Shown: positions 1-12,232, counted from the first letter of the stretch. The stretch: DNA of 64,000 nucleotides from Neoechinorhynchus agilis (GCA_051530055.1 CM121341.1:620001-684000); one strand, 5' to 3'. Notes: generated by a model not told the origin, from the sequence alone. Translations and numbers: made by a program.

Positions 1-363
1 AAATGTAGATCCCAATGAAGAGTTTAAAACAGCTCTTCTTTTCGTTGCAGGAAAATTGATCCTGAGCACTCTAGAACATTTGGTAACTTTCATCAGTTGT
101 GCGCGAGAATCTTCTAAAATTTTTTAGCAAACAGCTTACGAGCCGAGTTTGAATTCGTCACAGGGACCAGTGTTGACTTCCTCCTATTAGTGCTGAGATT
201 AACATCCCTTAGGAAAACATTAAATTTGCATAGCACTGAATCCACCAAATCGCATAAAAATTCTGTTTTCTTATGATAAATCAAAAAGAAAATATCATCT
301 GCATAAAATGAAACCGTTTTTTGGCGACTAGTTCCCCTCGGATAAGTTTGCATTGACATAATT

Positions 364-412
364 ATTAGAAATATTTCGTGAACGTTGTGTTCACCTCGTC
401 AGTCTTGTCTAA
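364..412 (-). ncRNA. Minimal hammerhead ribozyme motif (Penelope pLTR)
   Basis: Reverse complement reads TTAGACAAGA-CTGACGA-G-GTGAAC acaac GTTCAC-GAAA-TATT-TCTAA. Confidence 0.75.
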
Positions 413-803
413 AAAATATACACGCTGGGTGTTAGGCCTTTTAGCTCGGATCCGCCGGTCCGCTATGCCCGAGTACGACGTTAATTTCGTGCGTACTCCC
501 TGCGTTTGGATAACGCTTTTTGGTTTTGGTTGTTTATCCATCAAGACGAGCAATGCCAGAGTGAAGTTTGATTTGTTCCCTTCCATTGTTGCATTATTAT
601 TGATTTGGATGACTTCCAATTCCAATTTCCTGCGTAGATCAGCTTCCTCGTGAATGAATTTTGCTTTTTCAAAACCTACTGAGTGCTGTGTCTTTTCTTG
701 GTGATTGGAGATGGCCGAGACCGCATCAAACTTTCTGCATGCTTGTTTGTGCTGTTGTACTCTCTTTTTTAGACCCTGCTTCGTCTGTCCTATGTATGTG
801 AGA

Positions 804-2150
804 CTGCACTTGTTGCATGGGATTTTATATACTCCTTGATCTGTATTTCTTACATTCCTCTTTTTTAGGATCCCGGTTATGGTAGGACCTTTCCTGCTTC
901 TGATTCTAACTCTGAGCAATGATTTGTGCAGGCAGTTTAGTTTTCTGAATGAGACATCACTGACGAAGTTGAAGAGGACATATTTGATTGTGTTTTGTGT
1001 GGTTTGTATTTTTTCGCCGATGGCGTTGCGATACCGATTGAATCCCTTTCGAATTATCCATTGGGGATAGCCACTGCACTTGTTGCATGGGATTTTATAT
1101 ACTCCTTGATCTGTATTTCTTACATTCCTCTTTTTTAGGATCCCGGTTATGGTAGGACCTTTCCTGCTTCTGATTCTAACTCTGAGCAATGATTTGTGCA
1201 GGCAGTTTAGTTTTCTGAATGAGACATCACTGACGAAGTTGAAGAGGACATATTTGATTGTGTTTTGTGTGGTTTGTATTTTTTCGCCGATGGCGTTGCG
1301 ATACCGATTGAATCCCTTTCGAATTATCCATTGGGGATAGCCACTGCACTTGTTGCATGGGATTTTATATACTCCTTGATCTGTATTTCTTACATTCCTC
1401 TTTTTTAGGATCCCGGTTATGGTAGGACCTTTCCTGCTTCTGATTCTAACTCTGAGCAATGATTTGTGCAGGCAGTTTAGTTTTCTGAATGAGACATCAC
1501 TGACGAAGTTGAAGAGGACATATTTGATTGTGTTTTGTGTGGTTTGTATTTTTCGCCGATGGCGTTGCGATACCGATTGAATCCCTTTCGAATTATCCAT
1601 TGGGGATAGCCACTGCACTTGTTGCATGGGATTTTATATACTCCTTGATCTGTATTTCTTACATTCCTCTTTTTTAGGATCCCGGTTATGGTAGGACCTT
1701 TCCTGCTTCTGATTCTAACTCTGAGCAATGATTTGTGCAGGCAGTTTAGTTTTCTGAATGAGACATCACTGACGAAGTTGAAGAGGACATATTTGATTGT
1801 GTTTTGTGTGGTTTGTATTTTTTCGCCGATGGCGTTGCGATACCGATTGAATCCCTTTCGAATTATCCATTGGGGATAGCCACTGCACTTGTTGCATGGG
1901 ATTTTATATACTCCTTGATCTGTATTTCTTACATTCCTCTTTTTTAGGATCCCGGTTATGGTAGGACCTTTCCTGCTTCTGATTCTAACTCTGAGCAATG
2001 ATTTGTGCAGGCAGTTTAGTTTTCTGGATGAGACATCACTGACGAAGTTGAAGAGGACATATTTGATTGTGTTTTGTGTGGTTTGTATTTTTTCGCCGAT
2101 GGCGTTGCGATACCGATTGAATCCCTTTCGAATTATCCATTGGGGATAGC
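804..2150. repeat. Five near-identical tandem copies of a 270-bp unit inside the Penelope element
   Basis: The motif ctgcacttgttgcatggg recurs at about 804, 1074, 1344, 1613 and 1883. One copy has a 1-nt homopolymer deletion and one has a substitution. Confidence 0.97.
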
Positions 2151-2413
2151 CTCGTGCCTGTAGAGTATTCTATGTTCTTTTTCTCTAACTTGAAATCCTT
2201 AATAGTCGATATTATTCTCCTTGCTCTTGTAAAATAGGATGTCACTGTGGCTAGCTTGTGCTTGATGGGCTGGTGGCTCGTCCAATTAGGTGGTCAACAG
2301 GGCAGGTTCGGTTTCCTATACATGGATGTTACAATGTCGCCATTTGGAGTTCTTCGGACCATAACATCCAGGAAACCGAGCCAAAAAGTCCTAACAATCA
2401 GTGTGTGTATTTT

Positions 2414-2461
2414 TTAGACAAGGCTGAAGAGGTGAACACAACGTTCACGAAATATTTCTAA
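2414..2461 (+). ncRNA. Minimal hammerhead ribozyme motif (inverted pLTR)
   Basis: TTAGACAAGG-CTGAAGA-G-GTGAAC acaac GTTCAC-GAAA-TATT-TCTAA. Confidence 0.72.
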
Positions 2462-3954
2462 TAATAATAATTATGTCAATGCAAACTTATCCGGGGGTAA
2501 CTAGTCGCCAAAAAACGATTAAATTCGCTCTGACGACAATTCTCTATGACATAAAATGAAACTATCACCCTGGATAATTTTTTCAGTTTCCTATGAATAC
2601 CGATCATACCAATTGAAAATAAAGTAGGGGACAACGGCGAACCTTCGGTACCCCTAAGTTCGAATAAAAATGGCCTTTACAAGGATCAACCTCCAAAAAA
2701 TACGCCTCCGATTCCATTGAGAACTGAATACGGCATAGAAGCTCCTTGGGCAGTTTCAAGTCTAAAAATGTATTATAGATAAAACTTCTGCTAATAGCAT
2801 CGAACGCCTTATCTACGTCCACTTGTACCCCAACAATTCGTCATTTATTACTTTCCCCATAAGAGAAATGATAGGATTTTGAATCGATATAAACCTGACA
2901 TCACTCGGGGACTTAATGTTTCCTTTGACTTTAGGTATGATGACCTTCCTCACTGCATTGACCCTGCATAGATCATCAAAAGTCAAACGTGCTTTTGAAG
3001 AAGCCTTCCAAAATCTGAAAAAATTCTAATTCTCTAATTCCATCAGAGGAATAGTTATCTGAAGGAATAAAAGAAGGGTTCACGGATATATCAAAAAGAT
3101 GATTCAATAAAAATTGTTCTATCATTGCGGTATACGAGACTGAACCTATCCAGCCTGAAGCTTTTAATTTTTCGAATCCGTTCTCTTTCTATTTAGCACT
3201 ACACTCCAAAAATTCTTCGAAAAGACATTAGATTCGCCTAATCTTAATCTGCCCTTCTGATACTTTCATAAAACATCTCTTTATAAAAACGACTCAACCA
3301 CAAATCCGCAATTCTTGCCCAACGATAAAGTAACATTTTCTACGGTCTGTTGCGCCTTTCATTCCCAAAAGTCCCTAAATGACTAAAGTCGCCACAGAAA
3401 TCATCCTATTCAACTCTTCCATCCTGTCTATAGAATATTTACATAGGTCAGCTCACAAGCAGTCATTAAAATTAACTAACCTCACCGCGTCATTCCATAC
3501 AACTCTTGATTTAATATTTATCAGTTCTATCCTTGGTTGCTCTAGGAACTGCTCCAACACTCTCACTTGTAAATTTAATTATTTTTTACATAAGAACACA
3601 TCCAAAAAGGAGTGAACTGATTTGGTATAATTGTGAAAAGAGGTAAAGGGAGTAAAATGAAATGTGTACTCCTCTTCCTAATGTGAGAAACCACTCATTC
3701 CATTGGAATTTAAATCTCCCACAATGATATCCGGATTCCAAGCCTTAAACCACACCTTTCTATTATTTCTAAATCACGTAAGTTTCCTGGGAGCAATATA
3801 TAAATTTGCTAAGATCCAACGACCACCCAAACGACTGACATCACCCAGTCCCTCAATCGCTAACATTTGCACAGCAAAATTCTCATGCTTTATTTGAAAT
3901 AAAAACTTAGGACGAAATCTCGCATGAATAAAAGACTAGAGACCACCTGAGAAG

Positions 3955-4150
3955 CCCCGACCGGATAGTCCCACCCGAATAGACATCCCTCCGAGCAGAT
4001 GTTACCTCCCGAACGGACATCCCTCGACTGGATATTCCCATCCTAACGGATGCGCTTTTTTGAACAATTCTGAACTCGAATGCTTATGAGGACCCAAAGG
4101 TACATGTGTCCTCCTATTATTTGTATTTTTTTAACAATAAACTTGTTATT
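3955..4150 (+). mobile_element. 3'-terminal fragment of the CR1/L2-group LINE family (3' UTR repeats, hairpin, AATAAA, tail)
   Basis: Matches the reverse complement of 7555-7700 and 55758-55880, including GAGGACCCAAAGGTACATG(T/G)GTCCTC at 4088-4113 and AATAAA...GTTATT. Confidence 0.85.
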
Positions 4151-4703
4151 GTAAGGAGCTCCTCAAATAATTTACTACCTTTCGTTTCAAAAAATATCAT
4201 AAGCACCGTCCACTTGGCACTGAAGCACCTTTTGATTTGGACCTTCAGCAGAATAAATCTTAGCCAAATCGTGTATTGACAAATCACCCAAATCTTCTCT
4301 ACTAATCTTTAAAACATAATCATCTCTTCCTCTGAGAAAACGAGCTGCATCTAGTAATTCACCACGATGGGGGGGGGCGCATACTCATTACTTTCAAAAA
4401 CCACCCCTTCCACAACATTATCTTTCAACAAAACATCAATATTATCTTCTACAACCTCATAACCAGGGCGGGGAGCAGAAAATCATTACCTAAAACCACC
4501 CTAACATCCTTCTCACCAGTTGCTTCAATAACGGAAATTTCTTCACTGACTTTAGGCTGATCATAATCTACATCCATCTTTCCCCCTCCGCGGTCATCCG
4601 GAGGACCAATATCAACAGGAACTTGATTATTACTATCGTCGTGTTGTATTCGTTGTACGCTAAATTAAAATAACCGTACAACTTAGCGTTCACGTAAAAG
4701 TGT

Positions 4704-5363
4704 ATGATTGTGCGGAGCTGCAAACTCGTAATGGATGAACGACGAGACGTACGAAATGCAGATCATCCAGAATTTTCATTTCGAACAACGAATGCCGCAA
4801 CGGATATTGCTATCGATCCGCATGAAGTTGTCCGAGTTCAGCGCATCTTGTTTCAATCGATAACAAAATATTTTGACGACAATAAACACTTTTCGAATGG
4901 ACCAACACAACCGGTTCAGGCCGATGACCGCTTTAATTTCGCATCTAAAGGGGTTTATCTACGTCCCCGAAAACCAACCTTAAATCAGTATGTAATTCGT
5001 AGTTTACTTTCTGGTAAATCGATAGAGGAAGAAGTGAGCATTCTTCGACGATATAAACTGTATTATCCGAACAACGTGAATGAATATTCGCAGATTTTTT
5101 GTCATCTAGACAAGAAACAGACTTGTGATAAAATTAAATTTACAGGACAAAGCGCTGGACCGAAGAAGATTCCGCCTCATCTTGAAGCTCTAATGGCTCA
5201 GAATGAAATGAATAAGATTGTACAGAACGAAGAGGGTGAAGATGGAGAATCCGAACAGTATCCCTCGTGGCACCTTAAATATAGGGGAATGCCACAATAT
5301 CTCTCGAACGGTGATTTAGGATTTGAGCGGGTCGAAAAGGAAATTAATGATCTTTTACAATAA
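4704..5363 (+). CDS. Intronless 219-aa hypothetical protein
   Basis: Uninterrupted 660-nt ORF in AT-rich DNA with protein-like composition. No family recognised. Confidence 0.55.
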   Translation: MIVRSCKLVMDERRDVRNADHPEFSFRTTNAATDIAIDPHEVVRVQRILFQSITKYFDDNKHFSNGPTQPVQADDRFNFASKGVYLRPRKPTLNQYVIRSLLSGKSIEEEVSILRRYKLYYPNNVNEYSQIFCHLDKKQTCDKIKFTGQSAGPKKIPPHLEALMAQNEMNKIVQNEEGEDGESEQYPSWHLKYRGMPQYLSNGDLGFERVEKEINDLLQ

Positions 5364-6429
5364 ATAGGTGAAGCGAAAATAATCACATAAATTTCTGGAC
5401 AATACAACCTTACATATTGTTCGGGTAATTTAGCTATTCATATAATAAATTCGCATTTTAATTCGTATTCTACAAAAGTCAAATATGTAAAAATTGTAAT
5501 ATCAATATTGCCCTTATATTCGCAATGAGCACTAATTTTTAGCAATGTTTTACATTAGATTACGGATTTCGTTGCTGGAAAAACTTAAAAGCTGTCTAAA
5601 AAAGAACACTTTAACACCAATAAACAGTGATGTTTGCTAAAAAATTGAAATGAGAATAGCCCGCGAACTGTAACATCTGTGGCGAATCTGAAAACATTTT
5701 TGGAATCAATTATTTGATATGAACTTAATGAACTCTAGCGCGATAGTAAACCACATCGCTTCACTAGAGGCTCATATACGAACGGTCATAATCCATTGTT
5801 TTTGATATTATATCTAAACTGATGATACCATTCGATTTAGCGAATTAGGAATCACACTGAGCTTCAACAAAAGAAGATGACTGAACAAACTTTTTAGCTA
5901 TTTTCAACTTCACAAAACGCATTTTGTTGTTTGTTCGTAAAAGCGTTAGCGATTTCGTTTGAACAATGATCCTTTCAGGTTGAGATCATTCTCTAAAATT
6001 ATAAATATCGATTATAATTTAGTCTTTTAGTTGTAAAATGGTGAGAAGTACAGCAAAAACGGCATTCGGGACTGTCAAAATTTTTGGCAATTTGGGCAAT
6101 GCCATTACTTAAGATATTTCAAAAGTGACTTAAATGGAACTTTTCGTCCAAATGTGATAATTCATAGATCCGGAATATAATGATAATTTTGTGAGATTAA
6201 GCCTGAAGATAAAAAATTTAAATTTCAGTCCTGATGATAATCCGCTGCGATGTATTACAATGTCTGAAGACGCTTTATGTTCTATTTTCCTGTAGTCCGA
6301 TGCTGGGCAAATTCTTGTCACTATTGCGGATGCTCAAAATTCAGTAGGGACAAAGAGGCAAGTAATTGATTATTTGCTTACTGTTTGATGTACAAGTGAA
6401 TCAATATGTGGCTTTAGGGACACGAGTCA

Positions 6430-7555
6430 ACACATGTGCAGTTTTCAATGCCAAGAAGACTGCACTGCTCATCTCAATGTCACTCAGAAACCTCCCGACC
6501 CTCCTGATGATTGTGAGGGTTTTAAGGATAGCGGCATAAGGTCGCCCAATACATTAAAGATACCTATCTCTTCGGATAGACTAAAGGAACCTAGACTTCA
6601 TCAATCACAAATCAGCTCGACCAAACATAAGTATTTGAAACTTCCTACAAAAAATGGCCCTTCGCCATCACTATTATTTCAAACCCGATTTTGCCCAGAG
6701 AATCCCTTTATAAGGATTATCTCGGACTTTGACTTAAAACCTTCAACGACGATGTCCAACGTGTTTCACACATTACTTACTTCGGCGGCAGGTTAAAGAT
6801 TCACTTGATAAACGATGCATTCAGACTTCAACTCGAATCATTTTTGGGAACTCGTGACAGTTCAAAGGTCTAGATTATAAATTCATCCTACGAATCGACT
6901 TTCATAGTCTCCGGCCTCTCTCCCGATATCGATGATGACGACAGGCGGGCCTTCGAAAACAAATTTAATTGCAAAATTGTTTTCTTTTTGAAATCAAATA
7001 AAAGCAGAAAAACCAATACCAAGAACAGTTGCAAAAGCCGCCATTGGATTACGACATGAATTGACATCCAGTAGATGTTTTTTCAACTCAATGGAAATTA
7101 AATTCTCAGAAAATGAGATTTCCTGCATGGATGACTTTTGCTTTCCCAAATGTGCTGGATGTCAGGAATGGGGACACTGGGTACAACAATGCCGTTCCAA
7201 GAAGATCGTCTGCGCTTTTTGCGCTGAATCTCACCATAGTAATGCTTGCCCCAGAAAGTTAAAGAAATGTGCGAACTGTGACAATTTGGGTCACTGTGCC
7301 TTCGCGAAGTCATGCTTAGCGTTCAAAGAATACGCTAATTGGACCCTGAATCAAATGTCGCTAGCGCAGATCAGCAATGGTGTTAGGCCTGCCAGGAATT
7401 TCACAGGACAATGATATATGACTTTTCCAAATGACTCCATTGTAACGTTACACCTGTCCGTTTCCCTGAGGATTATACGGCTTGGTCCGACTCGATGAGA
7501 TTCCATGGCTAGCCAGATAGTCCGATAACTGCTTCGAAAGGCAAGATTATCTGAA
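6430..7555 (+). mobile_element. ORF1 (gag-like, three Cys/His knuckles) fragment of an I-group LINE, truncated by a CR1/L2 insertion
   Basis: PPDPPD N-terminal motif (6490) and CAGCQEWGHWVQQC...CAFCAESHHSNAC...CANCDNLGH in ORF 7061-7414, the same arrangement as 54006-54404. Confidence 0.8.
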
Positions 7556-9823
7556 ATAACACGTTTATTGGATACAAAGAAAGGTTTAGGAGGACCCATG
7601 TACCTTTGGGTCCTCATCCGTTAATATGGTTATAAGCAGTCGAGGGATGTCCGTTCGGGAGGTAATATCTGGTCGGAGGGATGTTTATTCGGGTAGGAAC
7701 TATCCAGTCGAGAACGGTTCGTTCGGGTGAGGATGTGTCAGTTCGATTGAGAATAACCGGTTGGGTTGGAAGGTCCGTTCTGGTGGGAATTAGAGTTTAT
7801 TGCTTGCAGGAGCGCTTATTAGGTTGGTATTTCCTCAGAATCATTTCAAGTTCTGATATCCGAGAAGATTGGGCAGCATGGGAAAAGGAGCGTAGATATA
7901 GTGAGGTGCGAGGTACAGGTGGGTGAAACGAATTAATATTACGAGTGTTGTGCTCGTGTGAAAAGGGAGCGATCTGTGGAAGAAATTGTGGTGGTAGGGT
8001 TGAGAGGTGTTTTGATTGTTTAACGAAAATGGCATCAAGGCATTCGTTGAGAGGGGAAAGTAAGTTTTGCAAATTTTAGATGTTCTTTTGTGAAGAATTT
8101 CACGACGGCGGATTAGCGATTCGGAAAGGTTGCAAAATACGGGTAATCGCAGGTGAGGGATGGTAAGATAAAGCAGAAGTAAAATTTGTAGAGGTCGGGT
8201 GAAGGGAATCCTAAATGTCGGAGACGTTTGAGGAGATAAAGTTTTCAAATTTGATTGAAATTGGATACCCAGAATACTTAGGGAGGTAACTCGTAGGATG
8301 TCATTTGGAAGCTCAGGGGATGATGTGGGGTTGCGGGAGAGAGGGGATCATTTCGAAGCATTTAGTGAAATTGAGATGGAGTTTGTGATTGGTGCAGAAA
8401 TCTTTCATATGTGTGATTTCTTTAGAGGTTAAAAAAGGAGAGGAGGGTGGTGAATGGGTGATGAGGGTGATATCGTTGGCGTATACGAAGAGTTTAGAGT
8501 GAGAGAAGAGAGGTTTGAGGTTGTTCAGAAAAAATATTAAAAAGAAGTGGTTACAGAACAGCACCTTGAGGTACGCCTTTGGTGAGGGATAGGCTGATAG
8601 ACGAGGTAGAACGGCAGTGAGTGTATTGTTTGCAATTGTGAAGATAAGATTCGAGTCAGCGGATCTGCCACAAGTTGATATCAAAATCGGAGCAGGCCCG
8701 GAGAAAGAGTGAAAGATCAATTGAGCCGAAAGTTTAAGAAGCGTGTCATAAATGCAAAGTAGAACATCGGTTGCAGAAAATCTGGGTCGGAAGCCAAATT
8801 GTAGGGGCGATAACTTTTCGTGAAGTGAAAGAGGGCGAGATTTAAAATCATTTTTCGATGATTTTTGAAAGAGCGGATAGAATGGAAATTGGACGGAATG
8901 ATTCGGTCGAAATATGATGCCCCTTTTTTGGAACGAATATAACTTTGGCAGCTTCCAGGCAGGAGGGGGAGATGCCATATAAAAAGCTGAGGTTTATAAT
9001 GAGGATAAGAGGGTCGAGAAGTTCGGAGATGATGCAGCGAAGAGCCCAGTTTGGGATTTCGGATTGCGAGAACGAATTTTTAAGTAATTTCATGAGATGC
9101 GTGAAAGATTGTGTAGAGACTGATGCTGAGCAGTGATTGTAAATTGAGTCAGGGCAGAGGTTCTGATTAATGGAATCTAGAATCTGTTTTAATTTAGTGG
9201 AGGACAAATTAGGGAAGGTAACCGGGTGGCGTAGACCAAGAGAGTCCTTGAGGGCCCGCCACGATGTTGAGTTGCCACCTGATCGAATTTTAGAGAAAGG
9301 GAAGTTTTTGCGGGAGATAAGTATTTTGTTAGTTAGTGCTTTTTGTAAACTGGGAGAGTCTGGGGAGTTATTGCGACGGGCCTTAGAAGCTTGTCTTTGT
9401 AGAAGTTTCAGAATGAGGGTTATCCATGGAGGGTTGCGGTTGGAGATCCTAATGAATTTCTTGGGAATTGCCGAAGCTAGGGAATTTTTTATGATTGAGG
9501 TTAGGGAGGACATGGCCAAGGAAGGGTCATTTATGTTGTCAGAGTGGGATGTGCGGATGTTAGAGTTGAATAATTTTATAAAATTGTGGATGTGATGATC
9601 ACGTTTATCCCAGGTGGGTAAACGGGGAGATTTCATACGCTGAGGTGCGGTGGAGGGAGTGATAAGGGCAGAGGAATGGTCAGAGTTCGCGGGGGTATTT
9701 GTGAACACTTTGTCGAGGTGAGCGTCAGGACGAGTTGTGAAGTCAATAAGTTGGCGCAACTTGAAGAAGGGTAGAAGAGGAAATAGATTATTGAAGTCCC
9801 CTGCAATTAAGAAATGGTGCGAT
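7555..9823 (-). mobile_element. CR1/L2-group LINE copy A (APE C-terminus, RT, 3' UTR), degenerate
   Basis: FLIAGDFN, LDKVFTN, KVIFVPKK..FRPISILSALSKIIEK, QFGFRP, GVPQGAVL*PLLF, YANDITL, then 3' hairpin, AATAAA and TAT-type tail. Confidence 0.9.
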
Positions 9824-9825
9824 TG

Positions 9826-10530
9826 ATTTTGATGGAGTTCCTCCTTTTGCTCTTGTTTCTACTAGTTCAGATGTTTCTTCGACTTTTTGTTCGACCGTAG
9901 CTTTCTTAGTAGTTACTGAAGGTGAATCGCTTTCGCTTTTGCTATCGTTACCATTTAACCCAGTCACAATATCATACTCCTCCACAGTAAGATTAGAATC
10001 ATGAAGTACTACATGCTGAATATTCTTTAAGGGTGGTACCAAGTCCCTTGTAAATGTCGAAATATTCGCAGTCTTTAGAACACCATTCGTTTCCAACAAA
10101 TCTTAGCTTGAGTTTAGCATACTGATGGCATGTACTAAAACCGTATTCCCCTTTGTGGTGGCTTCACTATCCGATTTCAGTAAACTTTTATTCTGTGTTA
10201 TAGAATATCGACCTAGTGGGGTGTTTAGTTTTTGTCAGCGTGTTTTCTATTCAGTAAAACCTCATAAAGGTCATCACAGTCTGTTTCTTAGAATTCACCT
10301 TTGAAACCTTTGCGTGCCTTTTTGAACCGTAGGCTTTCTTCCCTTTGCACTTTTTGACTTCGACCAACTGTTCATTTTTGAGAGCTTCAATTTCGCACTG
10401 AATAGCTTCCGCTAATATATCCTTAACTTTGCTCATCACTTCAATTAATGAACTGTTTAGAGCTTCAGTAACTTGTTCAAAGACTTCTTTAGTGCAGCAT
10501 CAAGAAGATCGGAATGCTTGTCCAATTCTC
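9826..10530 (-). other. Broken coiled-coil and Lys-rich reading frames of unknown origin (possibly a TE ORF1 remnant)
   Basis: ORFs 10251-10439 and 9788-10099 lie between TE fragments. No family recognised. Confidence 0.25.
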
Positions 10531-10639
10531 GTTCACCGTTCATTGATTAGAGGACGTTGAAGAGAGTCAGGACGTTCAACAAGAGAGAGGACGTAGACTG
10601 AAGGGAGACGCAGACTGAAGAGAGGACGTAGACTATTTT

Positions 10640-10900
10640 GGCAGTGTTGTTCTATCGACATCCCACAAGCAACGAGGTCGTCTAAGTAAGTGAAAACGTC
10701 CGTAAGCTTATAGAGTGATATTATTTCATTGATTGCCCGTTGAAATGCAGCGGAAGCATGGGTCAAACCAAACGGTACTCGACAAAATTGATAAAGTTTC
10801 CAGTCTCCTTCAAATGCCGTGTATGGGCGATTAATCTTCTGAAGCGATAACTGATGATATGCTGTGCACATGTCAATTTTTAGGTATCTTGCCTTGTTCA
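10640..10900 (-). mobile_element. Ty3/gypsy LTR-retrotransposon reverse transcriptase fragment
   Basis: KIDMCTAYHQL...YTAF...LYQFCRVPFGLTHASAAFQRAIN...YLDDLV in ORF 10533-10991. Confidence 0.9.
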
Positions 10901-10989
10901 TCAATCTTTCGAAATAAATTCGCCGATATCTGTATTCCAAAATGACAGAGCGTTTTCCACAATTCGATCGATATTTGATCAGGCCCAAC

Positions 10990-11370
10990 ACTTTTCATTG
11001 GTCGCATCGTTGTACCATATTATTATTTGCCTTCGTTACTTCGATAGGATCACACGGGTTCCTCGCATTCATCAGAGTTTCGAAATACTCTCTCCATCTC
11101 GCAAGGATCTTTTCATTCCAGTAAAGTATGGTTCCATTGTTGTCCTTGATAGACTTTTGCTGGACTATGTATCTCGATCTCTTATCACGGAGTTTAGCCA
11201 GCTTAAATATGATTTCTCGACCCATATCTCTATCCAGTCGATCATATTGTTGCAGCACGTTTACAGCTCACAGCGTCCTTAACTTTCGCGTTCCATCACC
11301 AGGCTTCCTTGCTTCGAGGCGGAGGTTTTCCCGATGCCATCCCCACTCGACATATGTTACCATGGCACGA
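10990..11370 (-). mobile_element. RTE-clade LINE fragment (linker between endonuclease and RT)
   Basis: IFKLAKLRDKRSRYI...IKDNNGTIL...ILARWREYFETLMN is typical of RTE ORFs. Confidence 0.75.
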
Positions 11371-11764
11371 AAATAATTTATAAAAAGTATTCCTTTTATC
11401 GATGGATCTAATTATAGTTTAAAGTATTCATGAATGATCGTGAGTTGGAGGTTTTTTGGTGCACGAAATAGATTGCTTAAGCAGGTAAGAGTGCATATTA
11501 AATCACTGATTAAGAGATTTTAATTTCCATTGTTTGCCAAAATGGCCGTTAATATTCGTGCAGTATGTTAACAAAATAGAAAAAAATAGACTGATCACGA
11601 GGTCGTTTTCGGACATCGAGTTTAAGAATGGATGAAATTAGACGTTATTGATTCGGAATCTATCTTTTAGACCTGTTGAAGTGGAACGAATTATTGTGGA
11701 AAGGAATCAATGAATTAATTTCTATTTTTAAGACTGGCCAGGCGGTAACTTTTTTATTAAGCAT

Positions 11765-11929
11765 CAATGTGTGGCCTTTTTCCACAACTGATAATTTTCC
11801 TTCGGCACACTGCCCAAGCTCATGACCGTATGGTTCAGGGTATTAAATTATTTTATACGCTTCCCTGAACCAGATCGGTGGGATGTATGCCAAGGATAAT
11901 TATCAGCCGTGGAAAAAGGCCGCACATTG
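11765..11929. repeat. Imperfect inverted repeat (foldback / MITE-like)
   Basis: caatgtgtggcctttttccacaactgataatt...tggttcaggg pairs with ccctgaacca...aattatcagccgtggaaaaaggccgcacattg. Confidence 0.8.
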
Positions 11930-12132
11930 AAACTTAATTTCTATTTTGTCAATAACAACCAATTTTTGCCTGGTCTTCGTCAAATTTTGAGGAGGATTTA
12001 ATTCTCGTGTTGGGTACAGAAGAGGCTCTCACTTGAATTAAACAGATTATTGTCATATATCATTGTCCTCGGGGTGAATTTGATTGCGCGTTGGCGAATC
12101 CTTTCCCCGGTGTTTTCGTTACTCATTTATTT

Positions 12133-12174
12133 TAGAAATATTTCGCAAGGTTTTCCTTGCCTCTTCAGTTTCTA
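12133..12174 (-). ncRNA. Minimal hammerhead ribozyme motif (mirror copy)
   Basis: Exact reverse complement of 12233-12274. Confidence 0.78.
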
Positions 12175-12232
12175 TTGCTTGTAAGTTTTTAAATATTCGA
12201 GTTCGTGTCAAATTTAAAAGGTTTACAAGCAA

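Larger units (their letters stand above)
315..2549 (-). mobile_element. 5'-truncated Penelope-like element (thumb tail, GIY-YIG endonuclease, pLTR) with an inverted pLTR at the other end
   Basis: RARRII...RGYP (2245-2140), GVYKIPCNKCSLTYIGQTKQGLKKRVQQH...ELEVIQIN (GIY-YIG) in ORF 365-1627. Flanked by a 13-bp direct repeat CATAAAATGAAAC at 302-314 and 2550-2562. 315-480 and ~2370-2517 are inverted copies. Confidence 0.92.
1..4660 (-). mobile_element. Degenerate I-group (I/Jockey/R1-like) non-LTR retrotransposon, interrupted by a Penelope element (315-2549) and a CR1/L2 3' fragment (3955-4150)
   Basis: Minus-strand remnants in order: ORF1 N-terminus (PPDD..., DDYVLKISRE, similar to 54640-54963), APE motif PDIIVGD (~3720), RT motifs DVDKAFD and GVP..SP (2604-2822), then VSFY|ADD continued at 314->114. 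Many stops and frameshifts. Confidence 0.8.

Noticed and set aside
879-2149. Repeated 63-aa plus-strand ORFs and other short antisense ORFs in the track
   Set aside because: They are antisense shadows of repeats or of real coding frames.
5730-6400. Exon-like segments before the LINE ORF1 fragment
   Set aside because: Stops in every frame and no recognisable motif.
12199-12210. 12-mer gagttcgtgtca shared with 26349-26360, both in hairpin loops
   Set aside because: Many 12-mer matches are expected by chance in 64 kb.
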